This document shows, piece by piece, positions 34,201-45,252 of a DNA stretch of 64,000 nt (within the stretch, counting starts at the first letter, position 1; each line of letters starts with the position of its first letter). Source of the DNA: an uncultured Planctomycetota bacterium (lineage in GTDB: Bacteria; Planctomycetota; Planctomycetia; Isosphaerales; Isosphaeraceae); NCBI GenBank assembly GCA_963823665.1, contig CAWGMQ010000010.1:1760001-1824000 (forward strand), given 5' to 3'. The notes beneath the pieces were generated by a model, which made no database searches, was not told the origin of the DNA, and saw nothing but the letters and a program-made list of their open reading frames with translations. The position numbers and the translations under genes were made by a program.

Positions 34201-37200
34201 AGTCTCACCGACCTGGGCCTGGCCCCGCTGGGCAATTACGGCGGCCCGACCCAGACCATCGCCCTGCTCCCGGGCAGCCCCGCGATAGGGGCGGGCAGCG
34301 CCGTCACTGGCGTCACCACCGACCAGCGCGGCCTTCCGCTCGACTCGCCCAACCCCGACATCGGCTCCTACCAATTCCAGCCAACAGCGTACTCGTTAAT
34401 AGTGACGACCCAGCCGCCCGGAAGCGTCACTGCCGGAACTGGCTTCGGGCTGACAATCACGGCCGAGGACAGCTCGGGCAACGTGGATACCTCGTTCGAC
34501 GGCACCGTCACCCTGGCCCTGGACAGCAGCCCCACCGGTTCCGTCCTGGGAGGGACGTTGACCGTGACGGCCCAATCCGGCGTAGCCTCATTCTCGGACC
34601 TCACGCTCAACAAGGTAGGCACCGACTGCACGCTCTTGGTGTTCAGCAACGGCGAGCCACAGGCGGCCACGGATGCCTTCAACGTGACGGCGGCCGCGGC
34701 GACGCAGCTTGTGGTGACCACGCAGCCGCCCAGCGCCGTCACGACCGGCATTGGGTTCGGGCTGGTCGTCACCGCCCTTGACGCGTTCGGCAACGTCGAC
34801 TCCACTTTCGGCGGCAGCGTGTCCGTCGCCCTCCTCGACAACCCCGGCGGCGCCGCGCTCGGCGGCTCGCTGAGCGTGGCGGCCCAGAGCGGCGTGGCCA
34901 CGTTCTCGGGACTGTCTCTCGACAACGCCGACACCGGCTACACCCTTCAGGTGTCATCCCCCGGCCTGAGCACGGCGACCACGGGCGTTTTCACGGTTTA
35001 CCCCCCGGCAACCATCTACACGGTCGACCTCACCAGCGCCGACGGCACGGGTTCGGGAAACGCGGGCGATCTGGTCTACGTCGTCGGCCTGGCCAATGCG
35101 AACATGAATCCTGGCGGCAGCGAGATCGAGTTCGATCCATCGGTCTTTTCCACGCCGCAGACGATCACGCTGGGTGCAACACTGGGGCTGACCGACACGG
35201 CCGGCCCGGAAGTGATCGACGCGCCCGGCGCCGGACTCGTGACGGTCAGCGGCGGTGGCGATTTCACCGTACTCTATGTCGCCAGTGGTGTCACTGCCTC
35301 GATTTCCGGCCTGACCATCACAGGCGGCTCGACCACGGGCGGCAATGGCGGCGGTCTGGCAAATTACGGCACGGCGACGCTCACCGACTGCACCATAAGC
35401 GGCAATACCGCCGCTGCCTCGTACACTTACGGTTACTACGGCGTTATAAGCAGCAGTGGCGGCAGCGGCGGCGGCGTGTTCAATTCGGGCACGGCCAACC
35501 TGACCCTGACCGACTGCACCATAAGCGGCAACCAAGCGTCCGTCGGCGGTGGCGTGTCCAATTCCGGCACGGCCAACCTGACCGCCTGCACCGTCAGCGG
35601 CAACTCCTCCCCCTTCGACGGCGGCGGTCTGGCCAGCTACGGCCCGGCCGGCCCGGCCAACCTGATCGACACCATCGTCGCCGGCAACACCGATTCCCTT
35701 GGCGCCAGCGACATCGGCGGTTCCGACGTCTCGGGCAGCGACAACTTGATCGGTACCGGCGGCTCGGGGGGGCTGGTCAATGGGCAGAGTGGCAACATCG
35801 TCTTGACCAGCCTCACCGATTTGGGCCTGGCCCCGCTGGGCAACTACGGCGGCCCGACCCAGACCATCGCCCTGCTCCCCGGCAGCCCCGCCTTGGGCGC
35901 GGGGTGATCGCCGACTACCCGGGCACCACCACTCCGATCACAACCGACCAGCGTGGCGAGCCCCTCGATTCGCCGAATCCCGACATCGGCGCCTTCCAGA
36001 GCCAGGGCTTCACGTTCACCTCCGCCGTCGGCAGCACGCCGCAATCCGCCGCGACCGGCACCGCGTTCGCCAATCCCCTGGCCGTCACGGTCACGGCCAA
36101 CAATCCTATCGAGCCCGTGGCCGGCGCCATCTTGACCTTCGCTGCACCCGCCATTGGTCCGTCGGCTGAGCTCTCCGCCACCACCGTCACGATCGGCTCC
36201 GATGGGGTCGCCTCGGTCACCGCCACGGCCAATGGCAAGGCCGGCTCCTACACCGTCACCGCATCGGCCGGCGGCCAAGGGACCTACTTCGCCCTCACCA
36301 ACACGACCGGATCATCCCTCACCCCGCTACCCTTCTCGGGCATCACCAACCAGAGCATCACCTACGGCACCTCCAGCGTGACCATCTCCGGCACGCTGGC
36401 CAACGGCTCGCAGGCCCCGGTCGGCGAGAGCGTGGCCGTGACGATGGACGGCGACGAGCAGCCGGCCACCATCGGCTCCGGAGGCGCTTTCTCCACCACG
36501 TTCAATGACGACGGTCTCGCCGTCGCCGGCTCGCCCTATACCGTCAATTATGCCTACACCAGCGACGGGAGCTTTGCGTCCGCCAGCACCACCAGCACAC
36601 TGACCGTCAACCCGGCAACGCTCACCATCACGGCGAAGTCCGAGACCAAGGTCTACGGCACCGACGACCCGGCGCTGGCCTATACCGCCAGCGGCTTCCA
36701 GTGGAGCGACACCGCCGCGTCGGTCCTGACCGGCGCACTGGCCCGCGCGCAGGCGGGCACCCTGGCCGGCGAGCAAGCCGGCAGCCACGCGATCAGCCAG
36801 GGGACGCTGGCCGCCGACGCCAACTACACGATCGCCTTCAGCGGCAATACGCTGACCATTACCCCGGCGCCCTTGACCGTCACCGCCCATGCCCAGTCCA
36901 AGGTCTACGGCACCGACGACCTCGCCCTGACCGAGACCGCAACTGGATTTGTCGACACCACGGTCGACGGGGTGACGCTGGACGACACGGCCGCGACGGT
37001 GCTGACGGGCCAGCTTTCGCGGACACCCGGCGAGACGGTATCCGGCGGCCCCTACGCGATCACCCAGGGGACGCTCGCGGCGAGCAACTACAAGATCACT
37101 TTCACCGGCAGCACGCTCACCATCGCCCCGGCTCCGCTCTCCGTCGCGGCCAATCCCCAGACCAAGGTCTATGGCACGGACGATCCCACTCTGACCGAGA

Positions 37201-39061
37201 GCGCAACCGGATTTGTCGACACCACCGTCGACGGCGTGACAATCGACGACACACCCGCGACAGCGCTGACGGGCCAGCTTGCGCGGACACCCGGCGAGAC
37301 GGTATCGGGGGGACCGTACGCGATCAGCCAGGGGACGCTCGCGGCCGACAGCAACTACAAAATCACCTTCATCGGCAGCACGCTTGCCATCACCCCGGCG
37401 CCGTTGACCGTTACCGCCAATCCCCAGACCAAGGTCTACGGCACGGCCGATCCCGAGTTGACCGAGACCGCAACCGGATTTGTCGACACGATGGTCGACG
37501 GAGTGACCAATGACGACACACCCGCGACGGCGCTGACGGGCCAGCTCGCGCGGACACCCGGGGAGACGGTATCCGGCGGCCCGTATCCGATTACCCAGGG
37601 GACGCTCGCGGCCGACAGCAACTACGCGGTCAGCTTCACCGGCAGCACGCTCGCCATCACCCCGGCGCCGTTGTCCGTCACCACCAATCCCGAGACCAAG
37701 GTCTACGGCACCGACGATCCCGCCCTGACCGAGAACGCAACCGGAATTGTCGATACCACGGTCGACGGGGTGACGATTGACGACACGGCCGCGACTGCCC
37801 TCACGGGCGAGCTTGCCCGGACACCCGGGGAAACGGTATCCGGCGGCCCGTATGCGATCACCCAGGGGACGCTCGCGGCCGACAGCAACTACACGATCAC
37901 CTTCACCGGCAGCACACTCAGCATCAGCCCGGCACCGCTCTCCGTCACGGCCAATCCACAGACGAAGGTCTACGGCACGGACGATCCCAGCCTGACCGTC
38001 GCTGCGATGGGCTTCGTGAACGCGCCGGTGGACGGGGTGACGCTGGACGACACGGCCGCGACGGTGCTCTCGGGCCAGCTTGCGCGGACACCGGGGGAGA
38101 CCGTATCCGGCGGCCCCTATGCGATCACCCAGGGGACGCTCGCGGCCAATAGCAACTACACGATCGCCTTCACCGCCGGCGCGCTGACGATCACCCCGGC
38201 GACGCTCACCGTCACGGCGAAGCCCGAGACGAAAGTCTTCGGCTCAGCCGACCCGGTGCTGGCCTACACCGCCACCGGCTTTCAGTTCGGAGACACCGCC
38301 GCGACGGTGCTGAGCGGACATCTCTCTCGCGCAGCCGGCCAGACGGTGGCCGGCGGTCCTTATACGATCACGCAGGGCACGCTCGCGGCCGACGGCAACT
38401 ACACGATCCAGTTCAACGCCAGCACGCTGACGATCACCCCGGCAACGCCGGTTGTGAACGAGACCGCCCCGGGCGGGACCTACACCGGCGCTCTGATCCG
38501 GGCCACGGCCACCGTGACAGCCTCGGGCAGCACGGCGGCCCCGAACCTGGAAGGCGTGACGCCGACCCTGACGTACTACGCCGGTTCGGGCACCTCGGGC
38601 ACGAATCTGGGCTCGACGGCGCCTTCGGCCGCCGGGACGTACACCGTCGTGGCCGGCTTCCCCGGTACGCCGATTTTGCCTCGGCCCAATCGAAGCCCAC
38701 CACCTTCACGATCGCGCCGGCCAGGGCGACCATCGTCCTGGAGCCGCACGCGGTCTTCAAGGGGAAGAAGGTGCTGAAGGGGGTCGAGCTCACGGCAACG
38801 ATCGAGCCGTCGGTCCCCGGCGGCGGCGTGCCGACCGGCACGGTGACCTTCGAGTTCCTTACGAAGCACGGGAAGAAGGTCAAGGCGACGACGCTCGGCA
38901 CCGCGGCCTTGAACGGCGGCGCGGCCACGCTGACGTTCAAGCCGAACAAGGTGCTGAACCAGCGGCTCTTGATCGTCTACAGCGGCGATCCTGACTTCCT
39001 GGCGAGCACGATCAGCCCGCCCAAATTGACCAAGTCCGAGGTCGCAAGTTCCAGGATTTGA
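31204..39061 (+). CDS. Giant secreted protein 2: 3 beta-helix/choice-of-anchor-Q modules, Ig-like inserts, 7 MBG-like repeats (frameshifts near 35900, 38665)
   Basis: [27 protein letters not shown] Ig-like modules; same C-terminus (KSEVASSRI) as gene 1; SD GAGGAG upstream of ATG 31204. Confidence 0.87.
32146..35400 (+). repeat. Intragenic direct duplication with ~2.0-kb period
   Basis: CCAACAGCGTACTCGTTAATAGTGACGACC at 32383 and 34381, with more than 1 kb of near-identical flanks. Confidence 0.9.
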
Positions 39062-39102
39062 CATCATGAATATGGGTGATCAGCGCAGGGTCAGCCCACC
39101 AG

Positions 39103-42100
39103 TCCCCGAGTACGCGGCCTCCCCGACCTCGCCGCCGACATCCGCGATCTGTTTCCGGCGCTGGTGCAGATCGAGAAACTGAAGCCACCCGCCGACGCCA
39201 CCGACGACTTCGAGCGGCCGGCGATACTCGCCCTCGCCAACCTGGAGCGCCTCGGCGACTACCGCATCCTGCGTGAGGTGGGCCGGGGCGGCATGGGCGT
39301 CGTTTACGAGGCGGAGCAAGAATCGCTCGGCCGGCACGTTGCTCTCAAGGTGCTGCCGGCCTCGGCGCTCCTGAACCCGACGTACCTGGCCCGCTTCCGC
39401 CGCGAGGCCCAGGCGGCCGGGCGGCTGCACCACACCAACATCGTGCCCGTCTTCGGCGTCGGCGAGTGCGGCGGCGTCCACTACTACGCCATGCAGTTCA
39501 TCCAGGGCGAGGGGCTCGACAAGGTGCTGGCCGACGTCCGCCGCCTCCGCCGGCCGTGGGGAGCCGGTGAGGCGCCGACCGCCGAGGGGAGCGTGGCGCA
39601 TAGCCTTCTGAACGGCCAGTTCAACCCGCCCATGGCCGCCGATCCCGGCAAGCCGAACGAACTCCCCGATTCGTCGTCGCTGACCTCGCGGCTGTCGCCG
39701 TGCGGTCCCGAGGCGGAATACTACCGAGGCGTGGCGCGGATCGGCGTCCAGGTCGCCGACGCGCTGGCCTACGCCCACCGCCAGGGCATCCTGCACCGCG
39801 ACGTCAAACCGTCGAACCTGCTGCTCGATCTGCAGGGGACGGTTTGGGTCACCGACTTTGGGCTGGCCAAGGCCGAGGGGACGGAGGAGCTGACGCACAC
39901 CGGCGACATCGTCGGCACGATCCGCTTCATGGCTCCCGAGCGGTTCGAGGGCGAGTCCCTGCCGCAGAGCGACGTCTATGGCCTGGGCCTGACGCTCTAC
40001 GAGTTGCTGACACTCCGGCCGGCGTTCGACGACACGAACAAGGGCCGGCTCATCGACAGGGTGCAGAACGAGCCGCCCCGGCCGCCGTGCAAGCTCGACC
40101 CGCGGATCCCGCGCGATCTGGAGACGCTCGTGCTGAAGTGCCTGGCGGCTGAGGCGCGGCGCGGCGCTACAGCGGCCGATCCGGGCAGCGCTTCAAAAGC
40201 CTGGAGGCCATTCAGGAGGCGGTCCAGTTGGCCCGGCGACTGCGGAAGCCGCTCGAGACCTTCGACGAGCTGCGCAACGAGGCCATTGCCGCGCTGTCCT
40301 TGCCCGACATTGATGACGGTGGTCCCCAATGGAAGACGGCGTGTCCCGCTTCCGACATGGCCTTCGACCCGACCGGGCAGGGCTACGTGCAAGTGGACGA
40401 GGGACACGCCTATTACTGTCGGCTGGTCGACGGGAAAGAACAGCGGCTCAAGGAGCTGCACGTTTCCGGGAGGGCCCTCTTTGGGGAGTGGCACAGCCCG
40501 GACATCCGTTTTCTGGCCCTGGGAAGCCCGCACATTCCCGGGAAAGGGCACGACTGGCTGAAGCTGTGGCGCTGCGATGGGCCCCAGGCGAAGTTGGTGC
40601 TGGAAGATCGCGGGATATCCGAGTCGGCCACGGCGTTCCGGCCGGACGGGCGGCAACTGGCCGTCGGCCACCGCGACGGCACGCTCACGGTCTATGACAC
40701 CGAAACGGGGGCGGTCGTGCGGCAGTGGCAGGTCGGAGTTCCCCCGTACACCGCCATGTTCCACCCCCGCCTTCCCCGCCTGGCCGTCGCTTGCGGGGCA
40801 GACGTACGCCTCTACGACGTCGAGAGCGGCGCCCTCCTTTCCCCCCGGTTCTCCAACCCCAACGGCGTGTCGGCTGTCGCCTGGAACCCGGATGGCAGAA
40901 GGCTGGCCATCGACTGCTTTGAGCAAAAACTCGTCCTGTGGGACAGCGAGACCGGGCAGCAACTGACCCCGCACTATGAGGGGCCCGGCCGCAGCGGCCT
41001 CAACCTACGATTCAACGCGACCGGCGATCGCCTCCTCACCGCCGACTGGGGCGGAATCCTCCGCGTCTGGGACGCAGGTACGGACAAGCAGCTATTCAAC
41101 ACGCCGAATACCAGCTTACAACCCGCCTTGGGGTGTTGGCCCAGCTTTTGTCGGGACGACCATTGTATCGTGGGGCGATTCACCGGAGACACCATCAAGT
41201 TACTGCGGTTCGCCCCAGGCCGAGAACAGCGGGTGTTGATCTCGGCCACCCCGGCGATCATCGAGGACGACTTCTACCACCTGCTGTACCCGCACAGTTG
41301 GCTGTTATCGGCGGACCTGGCGATCGAGGGCCGGTTTGGGTTTGATGCCACGGGTGCCCTCTTGAGTCGGAATGCGATCGGAGTCTTCCGCTGGCCTGTC
41401 CGCGTGGACGCCGGCTCGCCAGAGAGCTACCACCTGGGCCCGCCTCAGAGGGTCACCTCGCAGCACACCGTGCAGGCAACCATCGGCAACAGGCCGTTCG
41501 GTGCCTCCCGGGATGGGCGAGTGCTGGCATTTGCGAGCGGGACGCATGCAACAGTCGTTCACCTGGGCCCGCCGCTCCGAACACTGACCCTGGGGCCCCA
41601 GTCCGACGTGCGTCACGTGAGCGTCAGTCCCGATGGGCGCTGGGTCGTGACCGGCACTTGCTGGCACGACCCAAACGGTGAGAACGCCAAGGTCTGGGAG
41701 GCGTCCACGGGTAAGTTGATAACCGTGTTGCCGATCGGCGCGGACTTGAAACCCCTTTTCAGCGCGGACGGCATCTGGCTGCACTCCACGAAGCCCACTA
41801 TGGGCTCGCCGTACTGGTGCAAGGTCGGCACCTGGCAGCCCAAAGCCGTTCCCTGTCCGTCCGGCCTGCTCGCCCCAGACGGACGGCTGCTCGCCCGTCA
41901 GGCTGAGTATAGTGAAATCGTGCTGGTGAACTTCGAGACCGGCAAGGAGATGGCCCGCCTGAGCATCCCGGAGCAGACGCGCCTCGAGCCTCGGGACTTC
42001 AGCCCCGACGGTGCCTGGCTCTATGCCCGCGGCTGGGAGTCCCAGCAGCTCTATCGCTGGGACCTGAGGGTCATACGCAGTCAGCTCGCCGAGCTGGGTT

Positions 42101-43136
42101 TGGACCTGGATCTACCTCCGTACCCCGAGCAGACGGAGCGGCCCATGTCGTGGCCGCCGCCGGCCGTGATGGTGCATCATCCGGAGCTGGCCAGCGACGC
42201 GGCCAAACTGCGCCAGTGGGAGCTGACGCAGGCTGCCTTCGCCTGTTGGGTCAATCCCTTCGACGCCGATGCCCACGCCCGGCTCGGGGCCCTGGCGTAC
42301 GCGGACGGGCGCTTTGGGGATGCGTTCGCCCATCTGTCGATCGCACGAGCCGTCCGCCCCGACGACTTCGAGGTTCGCCGCCTGCGGGCCGTGGCCGCGC
42401 GCCGGTGCGGCCATTGGGCGGATGCCGTCGTCGATGCGACCTGGGTCCTGCACGAGCAACCCGGCCACCTGGACGGTCTGGGGGCCCGCGGCGAGTCCCT
42501 GGCAGCGCCTCGGGCGCCACGCCGAGGCGGTCGACGACCTCACCGCCTTGCTGAAGTTCTCCCCCGAGGACGCCTACCTGTACGAGCAGCGCGCCCGCTG
42601 TTACGACGCCCTGAACGACCGGAGCCACGCCGGCGCCGACCGCAAGAAGGTGGTGGAGGTCGCGCGAAACGACCCGCGGCAGCTCAATAACAGCGCCTGG
42701 CATCTCCTCACCGGCCCCGCGGCCGAGCGCGACCCGGTCCGCGCGCTGGAGCTAGTAACGAAGATCATCGAGCGGGCGCCCGACGCTCAGGCGTACCTCA
42801 ATACACCGGGCGTGGCCCAGTATCGCAACGGACTTTATGGAGAGTCCATCGCCACGCTCGAAAACAGCCTCAAAGCCGGAAAGGGACAGTCCGACGCCTT
42901 TGACCTGTTCTTCGTCGCCATGTGCCATGCCAAACTCGGGGATTCGCCGAAGGCCAGGGACTGCTTCGATCGAGCCCGGAAGTGGACCGAGTGCGCACAA
43001 AGACTTGCCGGCGCGGGATAAGGAAGAATTGAAGGCGTTCCGCGCGGAGGCCGAAGAGCTGCTGCGAAGTGCGCCAGGCACGAGCGGGAAAACGGGAGGT
43101 GGAAACGGGGAGGGAGAAAAGGTGGGGGGAAGGTGA
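39103..43136 (+). pseudogene. Deleted duplicate of the sigma(2934) + kinase-WD40-TPR(3585) unit
   Basis: A 26-nt sigma fragment is fused to the kinase gene at CCCCGACC; the start codon is missing; the TM-coding segment is deleted near 40150; the rest is collinear with 5020-7997. Confidence 0.85.
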
Positions 43137-43177
43137 AGAAGAACTAACCATCGGAGCCTCGCTTCGATTTCCCAAGC

Positions 43178-43290
43178 AGCGGCCGGCGGGGTCCTTACCG
43201 CCAAGCAAGTCCCCGCCGGCCCGGCACCGCTCCGGCGATCGGTCTGCGCGCCGGGGCGACGGCTTTTTCATTGTATCGCAGACCAGCTCG
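43178..43290 (+). ncRNA. Structured leader element, partial copy 3 (both main hairpins, no first box, no SD)
   Basis: GCGGCCGGCGGGGTCCTTACCGCCAAGCAAGTCCCCGCCGGCC and GGTCTGCG..CGCAGACC. Confidence 0.55.
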
Positions 43291-43304
43291 CGATCTGAAA
43301 AAAG

Positions 43305-43370
43305 GACCGGGCTTACGCCCGCATCAGGCCCCGGGCGGCGATCGACCGCATGTCCGGCAACCGGCTTTGA
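43305..43370 (+). pseudogene. Orphan ECF sigma 3' tail
   Basis: DRAYARIRPRAAIDRMSGNRL*, homologous to 2571..2636. Confidence 0.7.
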
Positions 43371-43386
43371 CCAACCGGAGAAAAAA

Positions 43387-43414
43387 TTACGGGTTCGGGC
43401 CCGGTTTCTCGCAT
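43387..43414 (+). promoter_or_regulatory. Putative ECF promoter TTACGG-N17-CGCAT
   Basis: Repeated motif with exact spacing. Confidence 0.7.
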
Positions 43415-43516
43415 TATGTTCCGGGAGGGCCAGGCGGCCCCCGGCGGAGAAGCAGTAACCTGACACGATGTAACGCTGACCATTCGCCCGTTGATTCGGT
43501 GTGCGGGCGAATCCGT

Positions 43517-43675
43517 TGATCACCGAACTGACAACGTTCAGAGGAAAGCGGCCGGCGGGGTCCTTACCGCCAAGCAAGCCCCCGCCGGCCAGGCACCGCT
43601 CCGGCGATCGGTCTGCGCGCCGGGGCGATGGCTTCTTCATTGTACCGCAGACCAGGTCTCGAAAGGAGAAGCATC
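43517..43675 (+). ncRNA. Structured leader element, copy 4 (upstream of the intact TIGR03118-like gene)
   Basis: Same boxes and hairpins as copy 1. Confidence 0.6.
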
Positions 43676-44875
43676 ATGTTGTACTCTTCCTGGCTGCGAA
43701 ACTGGACTCGCTCCGCGCCCACAGCGGCTCGGCACACACAAAGGTCGTCTCGTGAGCGCGCCCGCCTCCGCCCACGGCTCGAAGCGATCGAAGATCGCTG
43801 CCTGATGTCGACCACCTTCGTGCAAACCAACCTCGTCTCCGACGACACCAAGTTCACTCCGGCCGAAGTCCAGGACTCGAACCTGGTCAATCCCTGGGGG
43901 CTGGCCGCCAGTCCTACCGGCGAGTGGTGGGTGGCCAACGAGGGCACGGGCACCAGTACCCTGTACAACACCTCGACCTCGCCAATTACGACCTTCTCGC
44001 TGGTCGCCAGCGTTCCGCCCGGCGCGCCGACCGGTGTCGTCTACAACCCCGGCGGCGGGTTCGACGTCACCGAAAACGGCAAGACCGGCTCTAGCGTCTT
44101 CCTGTTCGATACCGCCGCCGGCACCATCGCCGGTTGGAGTCCGAGCGTGGACCCCAGCCATGCCATCATTGCCGCGACCAACCCCGGCGCGATCTACCTC
44201 GGCCTGGCCATCGCCACGGATCGCCACGGCGAAACGCTGCTGTACGCGGCCGATTTCGCCAAGGGCAACATCGATGTCTACGATCAGAACTTCCAGACGG
44301 TAACGACCGTGCCCGGCAACTTCACCGACCCTGCATTGCCGAGCAACTACCACCCGTTCAACATCCAGGCCATCAACAATTCCCTCTACGTCGAATACGC
44401 CCCGGTCAATGACGTCCTGGCCGGGACGAAAGCACCGGGCGAAGGGGCCGTCGATATCTACAACGCCGACGGCCAGTTGCAAGACCGCCTGATCCGCCCC
44501 GACGACTCCCACATCGATCAGCCGTGGGCAGTCGCGATGGCCCCCTCGAACTTTGGCAGCTTCAGCGACGACCTTCTGGTCGGTAATTTCGCCGACGGCA
44601 CCATCAGCGCCTTCAATCCCAAGACCGGCCAGTTCGCCGGCGTGCTGAGAAACTCGAGCGGCCAGGCGATCGTCATCAAGCATCTGTGGGGCCTGGCGTT
44701 TGGCAACGGCGGCGCCGGTGGCCCGACGAACACGCTGTACTTCACAGCCGGCCTGACATCGCACTTGGCCCCAAGCGACGCGCCGTTCCACGGCCTGTTT
44801 GGGTCCCTGGAAATTGCGCAGCACGGGCAAGCAGCCGATGACGCGGTACGCGTGCGTGTCCGTCACCGTCATTAA
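43676..44875 (+). CDS. TIGR03118-family-like secreted protein with planctomycete export motif
   Basis: RPRLEAIEDRCLMS; VQTNLVSD, LVNPWGLA, ANEGTGTSTLY, YLGLAI, PFNIQ, LLVGNFADGTI, LWGLAFGNG, LYFTAG; SD AAGGAG. Confidence 0.85.
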   Translation: MLYSSWLRNWTRSAPTAARHTQRSSRERARLRPRLEAIEDRCLMSTTFVQTNLVSDDTKFTPAEVQDSNLVNPWGLAASPTGEWWVANEGTGTSTLYNTSTSPITTFSLVASVPPGAPTGVVYNPGGGFDVTENGKTGSSVFLFDTAAGTIAGWSPSVDPSHAIIAATNPGAIYLGLAIATDRHGETLLYAADFAKGNIDVYDQNFQTVTTVPGNFTDPALPSNYHPFNIQAINNSLYVEYAPVNDVLAGTKAPGEGAVDIYNADGQLQDRLIRPDDSHIDQPWAVAMAPSNFGSFSDDLLVGNFADGTISAFNPKTGQFAGVLRNSSGQAIVIKHLWGLAFGNGGAGGPTNTLYFTAGLTSHLAPSDAPFHGLFGSLEIAQHGQAADDAVRVRVRHRH

Positions 44876-44927
44876 AAACTCATTGGTCCGGCGAGCCTCG
44901 CGCAACTCGTTATCGGAGGGTGGGACC

Positions 44928-45162
44928 ACGAACTGCAAGAGAGATCGTTTTGGGAGCCGATTCGTCGTGAGGCTCAGCATGACCGTCGCCTCCTGGGTCG
45001 CCGCGGGAGCAGTCCAGGCGCCGGCCCAGGAAGGGCTCTCGCACGCCGAGGACCCTGCGCTTTCTCGGCGGCTCACGAGGATCGATCAGGACAAACTTCT
45101 TCTGGGCGATTTCCCTGAGGCTGCCCCTCGACCCGCGTTATGACTTCGATGACTACCGTTAG
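44928..45162 (+). pseudogene. Ends-only remnant of the di-heme gene (start ATG>ACG, ~1.8 kb deleted)
   Basis: Matches 17217-17398, then jumps to 19175-19224. Confidence 0.85.
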
Positions 45163-45252
45163 CTGCGCTCACGTCTCGGCAATCGCGCCGCACCGCATCG
45201 TCGGATTGGATCAACCGTATCGCATGACATCCCACTCGAGGAGGAGATATCC

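Noticed and set aside
43676..44875. PEP-CTERM sorting signal on the TIGR03118-like protein
   Set aside because: No PEP motif or C-terminal TM; the protein has an N-terminal planctomycete export motif instead.
45198..45225. CGCAT upstream of giant gene 3 as another ECF promoter
   Set aside because: The hexamer 17 nt upstream is TCGTCG and does not fit the family.
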